Source of the DNA: an uncultured Candidatus Saccharibacteria bacterium
Lineage (GTDB): Bacteria; Patescibacteriota; Minisyncoccia; Phycocordibacterales; JACOZG01
Assembly (NCBI GenBank): GCA_964444555.1
Contig: CAYUHC010000003.1
Location: forward strand, 1-46,830
Direction of reading: 5' to 3'
Length of the DNA stretch: 46,830 nt
The position numbers were made by a program, and so were the translations under genes. This document shows positions 25,213 to 34,250 of the stretch, piece after piece. The notes beneath the pieces were generated by a model that was not told the origin of the DNA, searched no databases, and was given only the letters and a program-made list of their open reading frames with translations. The first letter of the stretch is position 1; each line of letters opens with the position of its first letter.

Positions 25213-26418
25213 ATGAATAAGACTCTAAAAAGTTTGAGTTTTCTGGTCGTGGCCTTGATTTTGGTGGGCGTGGCCTTTGTCGGCGGGGTGGCCTGGGGAT
25301 TTCAAAGTCGCGCCGAGACCGCGCCAGCCGAAGTTAACCTTGATGACTTTTGGCGAGTTTGGAATTTGCTCGATGAGCGCTTTGTCTCTTCGGCCACTAG
25401 TAGTGCGGCGGTAACGAATGAGCAGAAGTTGTGGGGAGCCATCAGTGGGCTAGTTGATTCTTTCGATGATCCCTACACCGTCTTTTTACCTCCAGAAGAA
25501 AATAAAAGTTTTAAGGAGGAGGTTAGTGGGCGGTTTGGTGGCGTGGGGATGGAGGTTGGCGCTCGTGATCGAATGCTCACGATTATTGCTCCTTTGCCCG
25601 GGACCCCGGCCGCCGCCGCCGGCCTAAAGGCCGGCGATAAGATCCTGTCCATTGATGGACAGGCGGCGGCCGAGATGAGCGTTAGCGAGGCCATTAGTAA
25701 GATTCGGGGCGACATTGGCACCAAGGTCAAATTAAGCATTTTGCGTGGCGCTTCGTCGGCTGATCAAACCACTTTTGATGTAACGCTGACGCGGGCCCGA
25801 ATTGAGGTTCCGACGATGGAGACCGAGCTATTGCCGGAGAAAATTTTCTTAATCAAACTGTTTAATTTTGGCGGCACAAGTGAGCGCCAATTCCGGACGG
25901 CGCTTAGTGAGTTTGTTCGGTCCAAAACCGATAAACTAATTTTAGATTTGCGTGGTAATCCTGGCGGTTATTTGGACGCGGCGGTTGATATTGCTAGTTG
26001 GTTTCTGCCCGCCGATCAAGTGGTGGTTCGGGAGGAGCGCCGAGATGGGGAGAGTAAAGTTTATAAAAGTGATGACCGAGGGCTCTTTAATGATAAGCTA
26101 AAAATGGTCGTTTTGGTGGACGAGGGGAGCGCCTCGGCTTCCGAAATTTTGGCCGGCGCCCTGCGCGAGCACGGCGTCGCAACCCTAATCGGGACCAAAA
26201 CTTTTGGTAAGGGTTCGGTTCAAGAATTAGTGCCAATTTCTTCCGACACCGCGCTTAAGGTGACGGTGGCTCGTTGGTTGACTCCCAAGGGAATTTCCAT
26301 TTCTCACGACGGTTTGGATCCAGATATGGTGGTGGAGGCGGCCACTTCGACGGCTGACTCAGCTCCGGACCGACCTCTAGAAGCGGCAATTGATTTTTTA
26401 CTAGGCCGTAAACGTTAA
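25213..26418 (+). CDS. ctpA: S41 carboxy-terminal processing protease with PDZ domain
   Basis: Signal/anchor helix, PDZ (TPAAAAGLKAGDKILSIDG), catalytic Ser region GSASASEI and TFGKGSVQ. An alternative TTG start is at 25204. Confidence 0.88.
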   Translation: MNKTLKSLSFLVVALILVGVAFVGGVAWGFQSRAETAPAEVNLDDFWRVWNLLDERFVSSATSSAAVTNEQKLWGAISGLVDSFDDPYTVFLPPEENKSFKEEVSGRFGGVGMEVGARDRMLTIIAPLPGTPAAAAGLKAGDKILSIDGQAAAEMSVSEAISKIRGDIGTKVKLSILRGASSADQTTFDVTLTRARIEVPTMETELLPEKIFLIKLFNFGGTSERQFRTALSEFVRSKTDKLILDLRGNPGGYLDAAVDIASWFLPADQVVVREERRDGESKVYKSDDRGLFNDKLKMVVLVDEGSASASEILAGALREHGVATLIGTKTFGKGSVQELVPISSDTALKVTVARWLTPKGISISHDGLDPDMVVEAATSTADSAPDRPLEAAIDFLLGRKR

Positions 26419-26425
26419 AGTTAAT

Positions 26426-26881
26426 ATGAAGGTAATTTTACTCACTGACGTAGCGCGGATCGGCCGTCGTTACGAGATTAAGGAGGTGGCTGACGGCTAT
26501 GGTCGGACGGTTTTGATTGGTCGCGGTCGAGCCCTGCTCGCCACGCCAGAAAATTTACGCAAAGTCGAGGCCGAGCGGCGAGTGGCCACTTCTGGCGTCA
26601 CTCGTGATCAAAAAGATTTTCGCGCGATTGTGGCCTACGCGGCTAAGCATCCACTGGTGATGGTGGCGCCGGCTAGTGCGGAGGGCCATTTATTTGCGGG
26701 TTTGCACGCTCGCGATCTGGCCGCAGCGCTTAAGGCGGCCAGTCACTTGCCAGTAGCGTCTGAATGGTTTGTCTTGCCGTCTCCTCTCAAGTCGATCGGT
26801 ACTTCGGTTGTCAAACTAAAAACCGCCGGGGAGACCGGCAGTTTAGTGGTGGACGTGAGGCGAGAGGCGACTAGCCGTTAA
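26426..26881 (+). CDS. rplI: 50S ribosomal protein L9
   Basis: The [28 protein letters not shown]-terminal domain is typical of L9. Confidence 0.88.
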   Translation: MKVILLTDVARIGRRYEIKEVADGYGRTVLIGRGRALLATPENLRKVEAERRVATSGVTRDQKDFRAIVAYAAKHPLVMVAPASAEGHLFAGLHARDLAAALKAASHLPVASEWFVLPSPLKSIGTSVVKLKTAGETGSLVVDVRREATSR

Positions 26882-27146
26882 CGCTTACTTCCTTGATCAT
26901 ACTGCGTCGTCCGTCGTAACCAGTCTTGCGCTTATCGCGAAAAGCAACCACGCCCGAAGTGTCGGAAAAAATGGTGTGATCTTTGCCCATTCGCGTACCA
27001 GTACCCGAGGTGTAGTGGGTGCCTCGCTGACGAACGATGATTGAGCCGGGGATAGCGTACTCGCCGGCGAACAATTTAACACCCAAATATTTAGGATTTG
27101 AGTCGCGTAAGTTCTTAGCTGTGCCACCTGATTTCTTTGTTGCCAT
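26871..27146 (-). CDS. rpmA: 50S ribosomal protein L27
   Basis: [24 protein letters not shown]...[10 protein letters not shown] is diagnostic of L27. It converges on rplI, with the ends overlapping by 11 nt. Confidence 0.93.
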   Translation of the reverse strand: MATKKSGGTAKNLRDSNPKYLGVKLFAGEYAIPGSIIVRQRGTHYTSGTGTRMGKDHTIFSDTSGVVAFRDKRKTGYDGRRSMIKEVSVNG

Positions 27147-27171
27147 AGTCTTTTGTTACAATCTAAGCAGC

Positions 27172-27507
27172 ATGAATATAGCGCAGTTATCGGAAAAGAT
27201 CAAGGGGCTGGGGGAGTGGTGGGCCCTAGCCGCCGTGGCCCTGGCTTTTTTATTGGGCTATGGTTTGGGAATATTGTCAAATGTAGAAATTAATCGGCCG
27301 CCCCTTAAGATTTCTACGGCCACATCCAGTTTGCCGACGGTGTCTACAGCCGGGCCGATTGTGGCGTCAAAAAATGGTACCAAATATCACGCACTCACCT
27401 GTCCGGGGGCGAAACAGATTGTTGCGGCCAACCGTCTTTATTTTGCCAGTGCCGCCGCCGCGGAGGCGGCGGGCTATACTCGAGCCGCTAACTGTCAATT
27501 GCCTTAG
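27172..27507 (+). CDS. membrane-anchored protein with Ada-like metal-binding-type C-terminal motif
   Basis: The ATG at 27172 is preferred because the listed start at 27037 overlaps rpmA antisense. One TM helix. The C-terminal KYHALTCPGAKQIVAANRLYFASAAAAEAAGYTRAANC resembles the Ada N-terminal Zn-binding pattern. Confidence 0.55.
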   Translation: MNIAQLSEKIKGLGEWWALAAVALAFLLGYGLGILSNVEINRPPLKISTATSSLPTVSTAGPIVASKNGTKYHALTCPGAKQIVAANRLYFASAAAAEAAGYTRAANCQLP

Positions 27508-27527
27508 AATTTGCTAAACTATGACTA

Positions 27528-28799
27528 ATGAGCGCGCGTTTTAAGCGGTGGTGGATCGCCATTTCGGTGGGTCATTTTTTGGCCTGGCGGCAACTTAAGC
27601 GTTCCAGTTTGGGGACCACTGTTTTGATCATTTTCGTTATGGCCCTGACCTTTCTCAATCTCGTGGTGGTGACAGGCATTTTGGTGGGCTTGATCGAGGG
27701 TTCGGTCCAGGTCAACAAGGGTCTTTATACCGGCGACATTATTATTTCGACCCTGCCCAATCGGACCTACATCGAGCAGTCGCCACGGATTATTGAGACC
27801 GTCAAACGTTTGCCTAGTGTCCAGTCTTTGTCGGCGCGTTATTTAGAGTCGGGGAGCGTTGAGGCTAATTATCAAAAAGTTCGTCGCGGCAATGAGTTGC
27901 CTAATCGCGTCGGGAGCCTGGTAGCGGGGATCGATCCTTTGGCCGAAGATCGGACGACCAATCTCTCCTCGCGAGTTATTGAGGGCGAATTTTTAAATCC
28001 CGGCGATGGTGATTTTATTTTGATTGGTGCCGACAAGTTAGCTAAGTATTTACCGATTGAGTCACCGGGACTCGAGACGCTTAAGGATGTGGCTATCGGA
28101 TCTAAGGTTCGGATGACGATCGGCGATTCGACGCGACTCTATACAATTAAAGGTATCTTACGGAGCAAGGTGGGGGAGGTAGATAATCGTATTTTTATGA
28201 ACGACACTCTTCTGCGGAGTATTGCTGGCCGGTATGATTATGGAGTTGACGAAATTGCGATTAAATTAATTCCCGGTACCGATTCTTTGAGAGTTAAGGA
28301 CCAAATTTTGGCGGCTGGTGTGGGGGCTTACGCTCGCGTCCAGAGTTCCGAGGAGGCCGAACCTAAATTTTTGAAGGATATCAAAAACACTTTTGCCCTG
28401 CTGGGCAACGTGATCGGCAGTATTGGTCTGGCGGTGGCGTCGATTACGATTTTTATCGTGATCTTCGTCAATGCCATTACCCGCCGCAAGTACATCGGCA
28501 TCTTAAAGGGGATTGGGATCGAGGGCGCGGCAATCCAGATCTCTTATATGATGCAAGCCGTCTTTTATGCCGCCGCGGGGATTATCGTTGGTGTTTTAAT
28601 TATTTATGGACTGCTCGTGCCCTTTTTCGCGGCTCATCCGATCAACTTCCCCTTCAGCGATGGCATTTTGGTGGCCCCGGTTTCCGGCACATTAATTAGA
28701 GCAATTATTTTGATGATCGCGACGATTGGGGCTGGTTATATCCCAGCTAAGTTGATTGTCCGCCAAAATACTTTGGATGCGATTTTGGGGCGCAAATAA
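27528..28799 (+). CDS. ABC transporter permease, FtsX/MacB-type (4 TM with large extracytoplasmic domain)
   Basis: TM1 near the N-terminus, a ~250-aa extracytoplasmic segment, then three C-terminal TM helices with the RRKYIGILKGIG FtsX-family hallmark. Confidence 0.85.
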   Translation: MSARFKRWWIAISVGHFLAWRQLKRSSLGTTVLIIFVMALTFLNLVVVTGILVGLIEGSVQVNKGLYTGDIIISTLPNRTYIEQSPRIIETVKRLPSVQSLSARYLESGSVEANYQKVRRGNELPNRVGSLVAGIDPLAEDRTTNLSSRVIEGEFLNPGDGDFILIGADKLAKYLPIESPGLETLKDVAIGSKVRMTIGDSTRLYTIKGILRSKVGEVDNRIFMNDTLLRSIAGRYDYGVDEIAIKLIPGTDSLRVKDQILAAGVGAYARVQSSEEAEPKFLKDIKNTFALLGNVIGSIGLAVASITIFIVIFVNAITRRKYIGILKGIGIEGAAIQISYMMQAVFYAAAGIIVGVLIIYGLLVPFFAAHPINFPFSDGILVAPVSGTLIRAIILMIATIGAGYIPAKLIVRQNTLDAILGRK

Positions 28800-28805
28800 T
28801 TAATC

Positions 28806-29501
28806 ATGATCACGGTAAAAAAATTAGTAAAAAGTTTCTACGACGGCGATCACGAGCTGACGGTTTTGAAGGGTTTAGATCTGACGGTTAAGGCCGGAGA
28901 GTTTGTCGCCATCACTGGTCGTTCTGGTTCTGGTAAATCAACCCTGATGTATCAACTGGGCTTACTCGATCATCCTACCGCCGGCGAAATAATTATCGAT
29001 GGCGTTGACGTCCTAGCTTTGTCGCAGGGGGAGCGTACCCGCTTTCGTTTGACGGAGCTGGGGTACGTCTTTCAAGACTACGCTCTGATGCCGGAGCTAA
29101 CGGCAATGGAGAATGTGATGTTGCCTCTTTTGATGCAGGGGAAGAGTTTGCCGGTTGCTCGCGGCGAGGCCGCTCGCGCCCTGGATCGGATTGATCTCTC
29201 CGATAAGCACGACAACTTACCTAGCCAACTCTCTGGTGGTCAGCAACAGCGGGTGAGTATCGCGCGGGCGATCGGTCATAATCCAAAAATTATTTTTGCC
29301 GATGAGCCAACCGCCAACCTTGATAGTGAGACCGCTAGGGTAGTGCTCGATAGCTTTTTAGACCTCCACCGCCAAGGCCAGACGATCGTGATGGTGACGC
29401 ACGAGCCGGAGTACGCAGACTTAACCGATCGGATTGTTGTCTTATCTGATGGGATGATTACCGAGGAGCATCAACCCCGGCATCGCTCTGGTGGTCGCTA
29501 G
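28806..29501 (+). CDS. ABC transporter ATP-binding protein (MacB/LolD-like)
   Basis: Walker A GRSGSGKST, Q-loop, signature LSGGQQQR, Walker B IIFADEPT, H-loop VTHE. Confidence 0.93.
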   Translation: MITVKKLVKSFYDGDHELTVLKGLDLTVKAGEFVAITGRSGSGKSTLMYQLGLLDHPTAGEIIIDGVDVLALSQGERTRFRLTELGYVFQDYALMPELTAMENVMLPLLMQGKSLPVARGEAARALDRIDLSDKHDNLPSQLSGGQQQRVSIARAIGHNPKIIFADEPTANLDSETARVVLDSFLDLHRQGQTIVMVTHEPEYADLTDRIVVLSDGMITEEHQPRHRSGGR

Positions 29502-29586
29502 GGAAGGGAGAGTCGGCGCCTGGGATTAAAACAAACATAACGTCGCACAACATAGATTTTGCGACACTGTATTTAAAAAAATTAGT

Positions 29587-29694
29587 TTATTCTTTTAACT
29601 CCAACCATTCTAAAAACTTAATCCCCCCTAGGAATAGGAGCCAGGCCACCAGGATCAATAAAGCTTTGCCGTACATTAGAATCTTTTCTCCCAT
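29587..29694 (-). CDS. possible 35-aa small membrane peptide (not in the ORF track)
   Basis: MGEKILMYGKALLILVAWLLFLGGIKFLEWLELKE has one TM helix. No clear SD. It lies downstream of the SLT gene on the same strand. Confidence 0.25.
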   Translation of the reverse strand: MGEKILMYGKALLILVAWLLFLGGIKFLEWLELKE

Positions 29695-29735
29695 GAATGC
29701 TTATTCAAGCAAATTTAAGTTTTTGGTTCAAACTA

Positions 29736-29776
29736 CAAAGATCACCAGCCCCGTTAATTCGGACTGGTGATCTTTG
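29736..29776. other. 13-bp perfect hairpin without a clear U tract
   Basis: caaagatcaccag / ctggtgatctttg with a 15-nt loop, just downstream of the SLT gene stop. Confidence 0.5.
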
Positions 29777-29789
29777 ACAGTTAGTTTGC

Positions 29790-30194
29790 TTAGGCCTTAC
29801 TCCAACAAGGTTGGCTCCACTTCCAGTGATAGATCCCCTCGTTCTTGATCAACCACATCGCGTAATCGATATTACCCTCAGTGGTGTAGATGTCGTAGCC
29901 CAGCTCCTGGCTCTTCGCTAAGTGGAAGTGCTCATTGATCTGGAACAAACCGACGTCATCAGAGTTGTGCAATCCACGGAGTACCTTTCCGTCCTTATCG
30001 AACTGGCGCAGGGTACTTTCACAGAAAGCTACTTTCAGAGCGAGTTTACTATCAACTCCCGCGTCCTCGGCTTTGCTCTCAATAATGTCGTGCAGGCTTT
30101 GGACTTGGGCGGAAACTGGGTTAGCGAGCGTCACACTTGCAGTAAGGCTATCATTCGTGGTCAACTGACTGTTTAACGCTATTAAGCTTGCCAA
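29790..30194 (-). CDS. lytic transglycosylase (SLT/lysozyme-like) domain protein with no evident signal peptide
   Basis: AFCESTL (catalytic Glu-Ser), GLFQIN and YA..L motifs of family-1 SLT domains. The start is uncertain: TTG at 30194 with no SD. Confidence 0.7.
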   Translation of the reverse strand: MASLIALNSQLTTNDSLTASVTLANPVSAQVQSLHDIIESKAEDAGVDSKLALKVAFCESTLRQFDKDGKVLRGLHNSDDVGLFQINEHFHLAKSQELGYDIYTTEGNIDYAMWLIKNEGIYHWKWSQPCWSKA

Positions 30195-30343
30195 GCTTAT
30201 TTGTAAGATTGAGGTATAAATAGGATGTAGAAATGAAAAATGGCTCTAATAAGCCATTTCGTCAATCCCTACAAGACCATCATAGCACAGCCATGGGTGG
30301 CTGTCAATACCCCACAATATTAGGTAAAATCTGTCAAATTTGG

Positions 30344-30565
30344 CTAAATTCGGTTTTTGAGGCCTTTAAAGTTCTCCCAAATCAGGTCAATCACGATTCG
30401 ATCCCAGAATTGGACGACTACCGCCCAGGCATAATCGAGATTGGTCTGGACGGCTTCGGACTCAATGATCGATCGGAGGTCAATGCGAAAGTAACCCAAC
30501 ACAATAATCGCCACAATAATTAGGAGCAGTAGTTTGATTAGTCCCCTGTTCTTTTGTTGAATCAT
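30344..30565 (-). CDS. 73-aa single-pass membrane protein
   Basis: The N-terminal TM helix is LIKLLLLIIVAIIVLGYF. It sits between the M23 and SLT genes on the same strand. Confidence 0.5.
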   Translation of the reverse strand: MIQQKNRGLIKLLLLIIVAIIVLGYFRIDLRSIIESEAVQTNLDYAWAVVVQFWDRIVIDLIWENFKGLKNRI

Positions 30566-30585
30566 GAATTTATTATAACAAAGGA

Positions 30586-31854
30586 TTAGAGGTAGAGCAG
30601 TGGATCAAGATAGGCCTTGGGGTCAGCCATGGGGATGGTGACATTCTGACAATTGATGCTGGTCACATAACGTTGAACGCGGACACCCTCTGAGGCGTAG
30701 ACGGAAAAGTGTAAGTGAGGGCCGGTGGCGTAGCCGGTACGACCGGAATAGCCGATTAATTGCCCGGCGGCGACAGCTTGGCCAGTGGCTACCTTGGTGA
30801 GACTGAGGTGGGCGTAGAGCGTTGAGAGGCCGTTAGGGTGGCGTAGGAGGACCCAGCGGCCATATGAGTAGCAACCCACCTGCTCATCGGTGTTGCCGGT
30901 GGCGGTAACGATGCCAGAGCCCGCGGCTTTGACGGGGGTGCCGTCAGCTGCTCGTAAGTCGATGCCATTATGAGTGCCGGAGACGTATAGTCGAGCGGCG
31001 TCGACTGTTCGGCCGAAGTATTGAGTGATAAAGACGTTATCTAGGGGCCAGGAAAAGATTTTGCCGCGATTAGGAATTTTGGCTGGGTCAACGGCCAGCT
31101 TCAGTTGGGATTCGAAGGCAAAAAGTTCCCGTTCGAAGGCTGCCTTTTGGGCTTGGCGGTCGGCGAGAAGTTTTTTGTAGTTGGCTTCTTGGTTTTGGGT
31201 GGCGGCTAGGAGGGCGCTTTTCTCCTTTTTATTATTGTTCTCGATTTTTTGTTGATCCGCTAGTTGAGCTTTTAGGGCGAGCAGTTTCTTTTGCTCTTTT
31301 TCGGTGGCTTGATGCTGGTCCTCTAGGTCGGCTTTGGCCGTTCGGAGCTCGTCCATGGTGGTCACAATCCCCCCTTGGAGTTTTTCTAATTTACCCTCTT
31401 CGCTCCAGAGGGTGTTGAGACTTTCATCAGCTAACGCCAATTCTAAGAAACTAGCTTGGGTTAATTCCCGATGACGACGGAGAGAAAAAGCCAGGGCGGC
31501 AACCTGCGCCTCAATCCCCTGACTTTTGCGGCCAATCTCAAGGCCAAGTTTTTTGAGATTTAATTCAGCTCGCTCGATTTCTGCTTGGGTTAATCTAACG
31601 TCAGCATTAAGTTTTTTAAGAGTGGCGTCGAGTCGAGCCACCTCGCCTTTTAACGTGCTGGCTTGAGCTTGGGTGGTGGAAATGTTTTTTTGGTAGGCGG
31701 CGATCTCTTTTTCCAGAGCTTCGATCTTGGTGTTGCGGTCACGAATTTGACTTTGGAGATCCGAGAGCGAAGCTTGAGCTAAAGCGGTTGACGCCGACGT
31801 TAAGCCGAAGATAAAGATGAGCGAAAACAAAATTGTTTTAAAGAGTGGCGGCAT
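30586..31854 (-). CDS. coiled-coil M23 peptidase (EnvC/PcsB-like architecture)
   Basis: The start is placed at the ATG at 31854, giving signal peptide MPPLFKTILFSLIFIFGLTSASTALA. A ~250-aa coiled-coil follows, then C-terminal HNGIDLRA ... HLHFSVY motifs. The longer listed N-terminus overlaps gltX. Confidence 0.85.
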   Translation of the reverse strand: MPPLFKTILFSLIFIFGLTSASTALAQASLSDLQSQIRDRNTKIEALEKEIAAYQKNISTTQAQASTLKGEVARLDATLKKLNADVRLTQAEIERAELNLKKLGLEIGRKSQGIEAQVAALAFSLRRHRELTQASFLELALADESLNTLWSEEGKLEKLQGGIVTTMDELRTAKADLEDQHQATEKEQKKLLALKAQLADQQKIENNNKKEKSALLAATQNQEANYKKLLADRQAQKAAFERELFAFESQLKLAVDPAKIPNRGKIFSWPLDNVFITQYFGRTVDAARLYVSGTHNGIDLRAADGTPVKAAGSGIVTATGNTDEQVGCYSYGRWVLLRHPNGLSTLYAHLSLTKVATGQAVAAGQLIGYSGRTGYATGPHLHFSVYASEGVRVQRYVTSINCQNVTIPMADPKAYLDPLLYL

Positions 31855-33133
31855 GGGTGAGACGTTTGATCGTCTCATTTTTACCCAAAACCGCGGCGAT
31901 AGCAAACGGATCGGGAGATTTCTCGCGACCAGAGAGCGCGACGCGAAATGGCCACAAGACAATCCCCCGCCCTTCGGCCGTGGCAAAGTCCCAGACCGCG
32001 GCCTTAACTTTGTCGGCGGTAAATTCATTATCTGGTACGGCGTCTAATAGGAGGACTAATTGTCCTAAGTGAGCAGTTGAGCGCAGTAGTTCACGGCTAG
32101 GAGCTGGTGGGTGAACGTAAAAATCTAGTTCGCCACCGGCCACCATCTGATCTATGTCGGCTAGAGTCGTGAGGCGTGAGCGGAGTTCTGGTAAGGCGCG
32201 TTGGATTAATTCTGCCGAGGCTTCTGGCCAGCGCGGGGCAATTAGAGTGATTAGTTCGGCGTCAGTTTTGCGCTTGAGGTGTTCCCGATTGAGCCAGTTT
32301 AATTTTTCTAAGTCGAAGATGGCCCCTCCCTTTTGGACACGAGTTAATTGGAAAGCGGTGACCAAATCTTCCAAAGTAAAGACCTCCTGATCATCCTCAG
32401 GATGCCAGCCCAGCAGGGCAAGGTAGTTAATTAACGCTTCTGGCAAATAACCTCTTTCGCGGTAATCTCTAACGCTCACGGCGCCATGGCGGCCCGACAT
32501 TTTAGAACGATCTCGCTCTAAAATAAATGGTAGGTGGGCGTAAATCGGCCGCGGGGCGCCAATGGCTTCTTGGATCAAAATCTGCCGCGGCGTATTGGAA
32601 ATGCCGTCTTCGCCTCGAATGACGTGGGTAATGCCCATGTCAAAATCATCAACGACCACGGTTAAGTGATAAAGCGGATCAGTAATACTGCGAGCAATGA
32701 TAAAGTCACCCAGTTCGGTGGTGTCGAAGGTTATTTCGCCACGAATTAGGTCGGTAAAAGTTATTTGTCGATTGGGATTTTTAAGTCGTACTACTTCGGA
32801 TTCGACGCCGGTTTCTTCGTGCTTTTCGCGTGAGACGTAGGCCTGCCCAGCCGCCAAAAGTTTGGCTAATTCGTCGCGATAGCGATCGGTGCGAGCGGAT
32901 TGACGTGGGATCTCGGGATTGTCCCAGCTGAGGCCTAACCACTTTAGCCCCTCGATCAGATCGATTTCAAATTCTTTTTTAGAGCGCTGTTGATCAGTAT
33001 CTTCGATCCGGAAAATCATTTGGCCGCCATGCTGACGAGCAAACAGATAATTAAACAAAGCGGTCCGGGCGCGGCCGATATGGAAATAGCCCGTCGGTGA
33101 AGGCGGAAAGCGAGTGATGACTTTATTGTTCAT
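31838..33133 (-). CDS. gltX: glutamyl-tRNA synthetase
   Basis: FPPSPTGYFHIGRARTALFNY (HIGH) and SKMSGRHG (KMSKS-like). Confidence 0.92.
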   Translation of the reverse strand: MNNKVITRFPPSPTGYFHIGRARTALFNYLFARQHGGQMIFRIEDTDQQRSKKEFEIDLIEGLKWLGLSWDNPEIPRQSARTDRYRDELAKLLAAGQAYVSREKHEETGVESEVVRLKNPNRQITFTDLIRGEITFDTTELGDFIIARSITDPLYHLTVVVDDFDMGITHVIRGEDGISNTPRQILIQEAIGAPRPIYAHLPFILERDRSKMSGRHGAVSVRDYRERGYLPEALINYLALLGWHPEDDQEVFTLEDLVTAFQLTRVQKGGAIFDLEKLNWLNREHLKRKTDAELITLIAPRWPEASAELIQRALPELRSRLTTLADIDQMVAGGELDFYVHPPAPSRELLRSTAHLGQLVLLLDAVPDNEFTADKVKAAVWDFATAEGRGIVLWPFRVALSGREKSPDPFAIAAVLGKNETIKRLTHAATL

Positions 33134-34250
33134 GTTCCAGGGCTAAATTTAAGAGTTCGTAAGCAATTAAGTGAGCGGCTTCGGGTCGAGAAAAGCTTTT
33201 GGCGCCAGCCTTCATTGTGGCTAGGGTTTGAGGATTGCTTAAGAGGCGGTTGATCTCACCCAAGAGGACGGAGGGGGTTAAATTGATTTGTTCGATGACG
33301 ATCGCGCCACCCGAGCGAGCGTAGTTGAAGGCGTTGTGACGCTGGTCATGGCTGATTTCTTCGGGGATCGGAATAATAATCGACGGCGTTCCCCAAATTG
33401 CGATTTCGAAAATAATCGAACCAGCTCGACTAATCACCAGATCAGCCACTCCGGCGATCATTTGCATCGCCGAGGTATTGAGAGTGCCGTGGACTTGGTA
33501 TCTCCCTCGCTCGGGAGAGTTCTCAAGTTTAAGCGCTGATCTTTTTTTGACGTCATCGAAGTTGCGGTCCCCCACTTGATGGATGATTTGAAACTTTTTA
33601 ACCAGTTCCGGCAAAATATCGAGGACGACGTCATTGATCGCTTGAGCACCCAATGAGCCGCCGGTAATAAAGATGGTCGGCAGATTTGGTTCTAGTTTGA
33701 GAAATTCTCGGGCTCCGAGGGTGATGGGTTGGCGTAGTTCTCGTCTGATTGGGTTGCCGGTTACGGCTGTTCGAGCGGGAGGGAAATAAGCGGCGGCTTC
33801 GGGGTAAGACACGGCTACTCGCCGAGCAAATTTCCCTGACCACAAACTGACTCGGCCTGGATGGGCGTCCGACTCGTGGATAATTACTGGAATACCGAGG
33901 AGTCGTGCGGCCCACAAGCTGGGGAAGCTGGCGTAGGCGCCTTTGCTAAAAATCGCGTCAGGAAAAATAAAGTAGAGTTTAATGAGGGCAATGATAATCC
34001 CCCAACCCGTTACTACCGTGGCCGTTAGGTTTTTTAGCGAAAAATAGCGACGCAATTTTCCGGCCGGAATCGCTACAAATTCGATATTATTTTCGTACAA
34101 TAATTGTGAGTTGTAGGGAGCGTCAGAAAAATAATAGAGCTTAACGCCGACGAGGCGCTTTTCTTTGACTAGCTCATTAAGCTCTTGAGCGACGGCAATT
34201 AAGGGGTAAAAGTGTCCACCTGTTCCGCCGCCAGTAAAAACTATTTTCAT
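33123..34250 (-). CDS. murG: UDP-N-acetylglucosamine--N-acetylmuramyl-(pentapeptide) pyrophosphoryl-undecaprenol GlcNAc transferase
   Basis: FTGGGTGGHFYPLIAVA N-terminal motif, GGSLGA, and a GT28 fold pattern. Confidence 0.92.
   Translation of the reverse strand: MKIVFTGGGTGGHFYPLIAVAQELNELVKEKRLVGVKLYYFSDAPYNSQLLYENNIEFVAIPAGKLRRYFSLKNLTATVVTGWGIIIALIKLYFIFPDAIFSKGAYASFPSLWAARLLGIPVIIHESDAHPGRVSLWSGKFARRVAVSYPEAAAYFPPARTAVTGNPIRRELRQPITLGAREFLKLEPNLPTIFITGGSLGAQAINDVVLDILPELVKKFQIIHQVGDRNFDDVKKRSALKLENSPERGRYQVHGTLNTSAMQMIAGVADLVISRAGSIIFEIAIWGTPSIIIPIPEEISHDQRHNAFNYARSGGAIVIEQINLTPSVLLGEINRLLSNPQTLATMKAGAKSFSRPEAAHLIAYELLNLALEHEQ

Noticed and set aside
29542-29565. The hairpin gtcgca/tgcgac after the ABC ATPase gene, as a terminator.
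   Set aside because: It has only 6 bp with a 12-nt loop and no contiguous U tract, so it is not convincing alone.
31855-32028. A 58-codon N-terminal extension of the M23 peptidase ORF.
   Set aside because: It overlaps the 3' end of gltX, and the translation is Arg/Pro-rich junk. A clean signal peptide begins at the Met at 31854.
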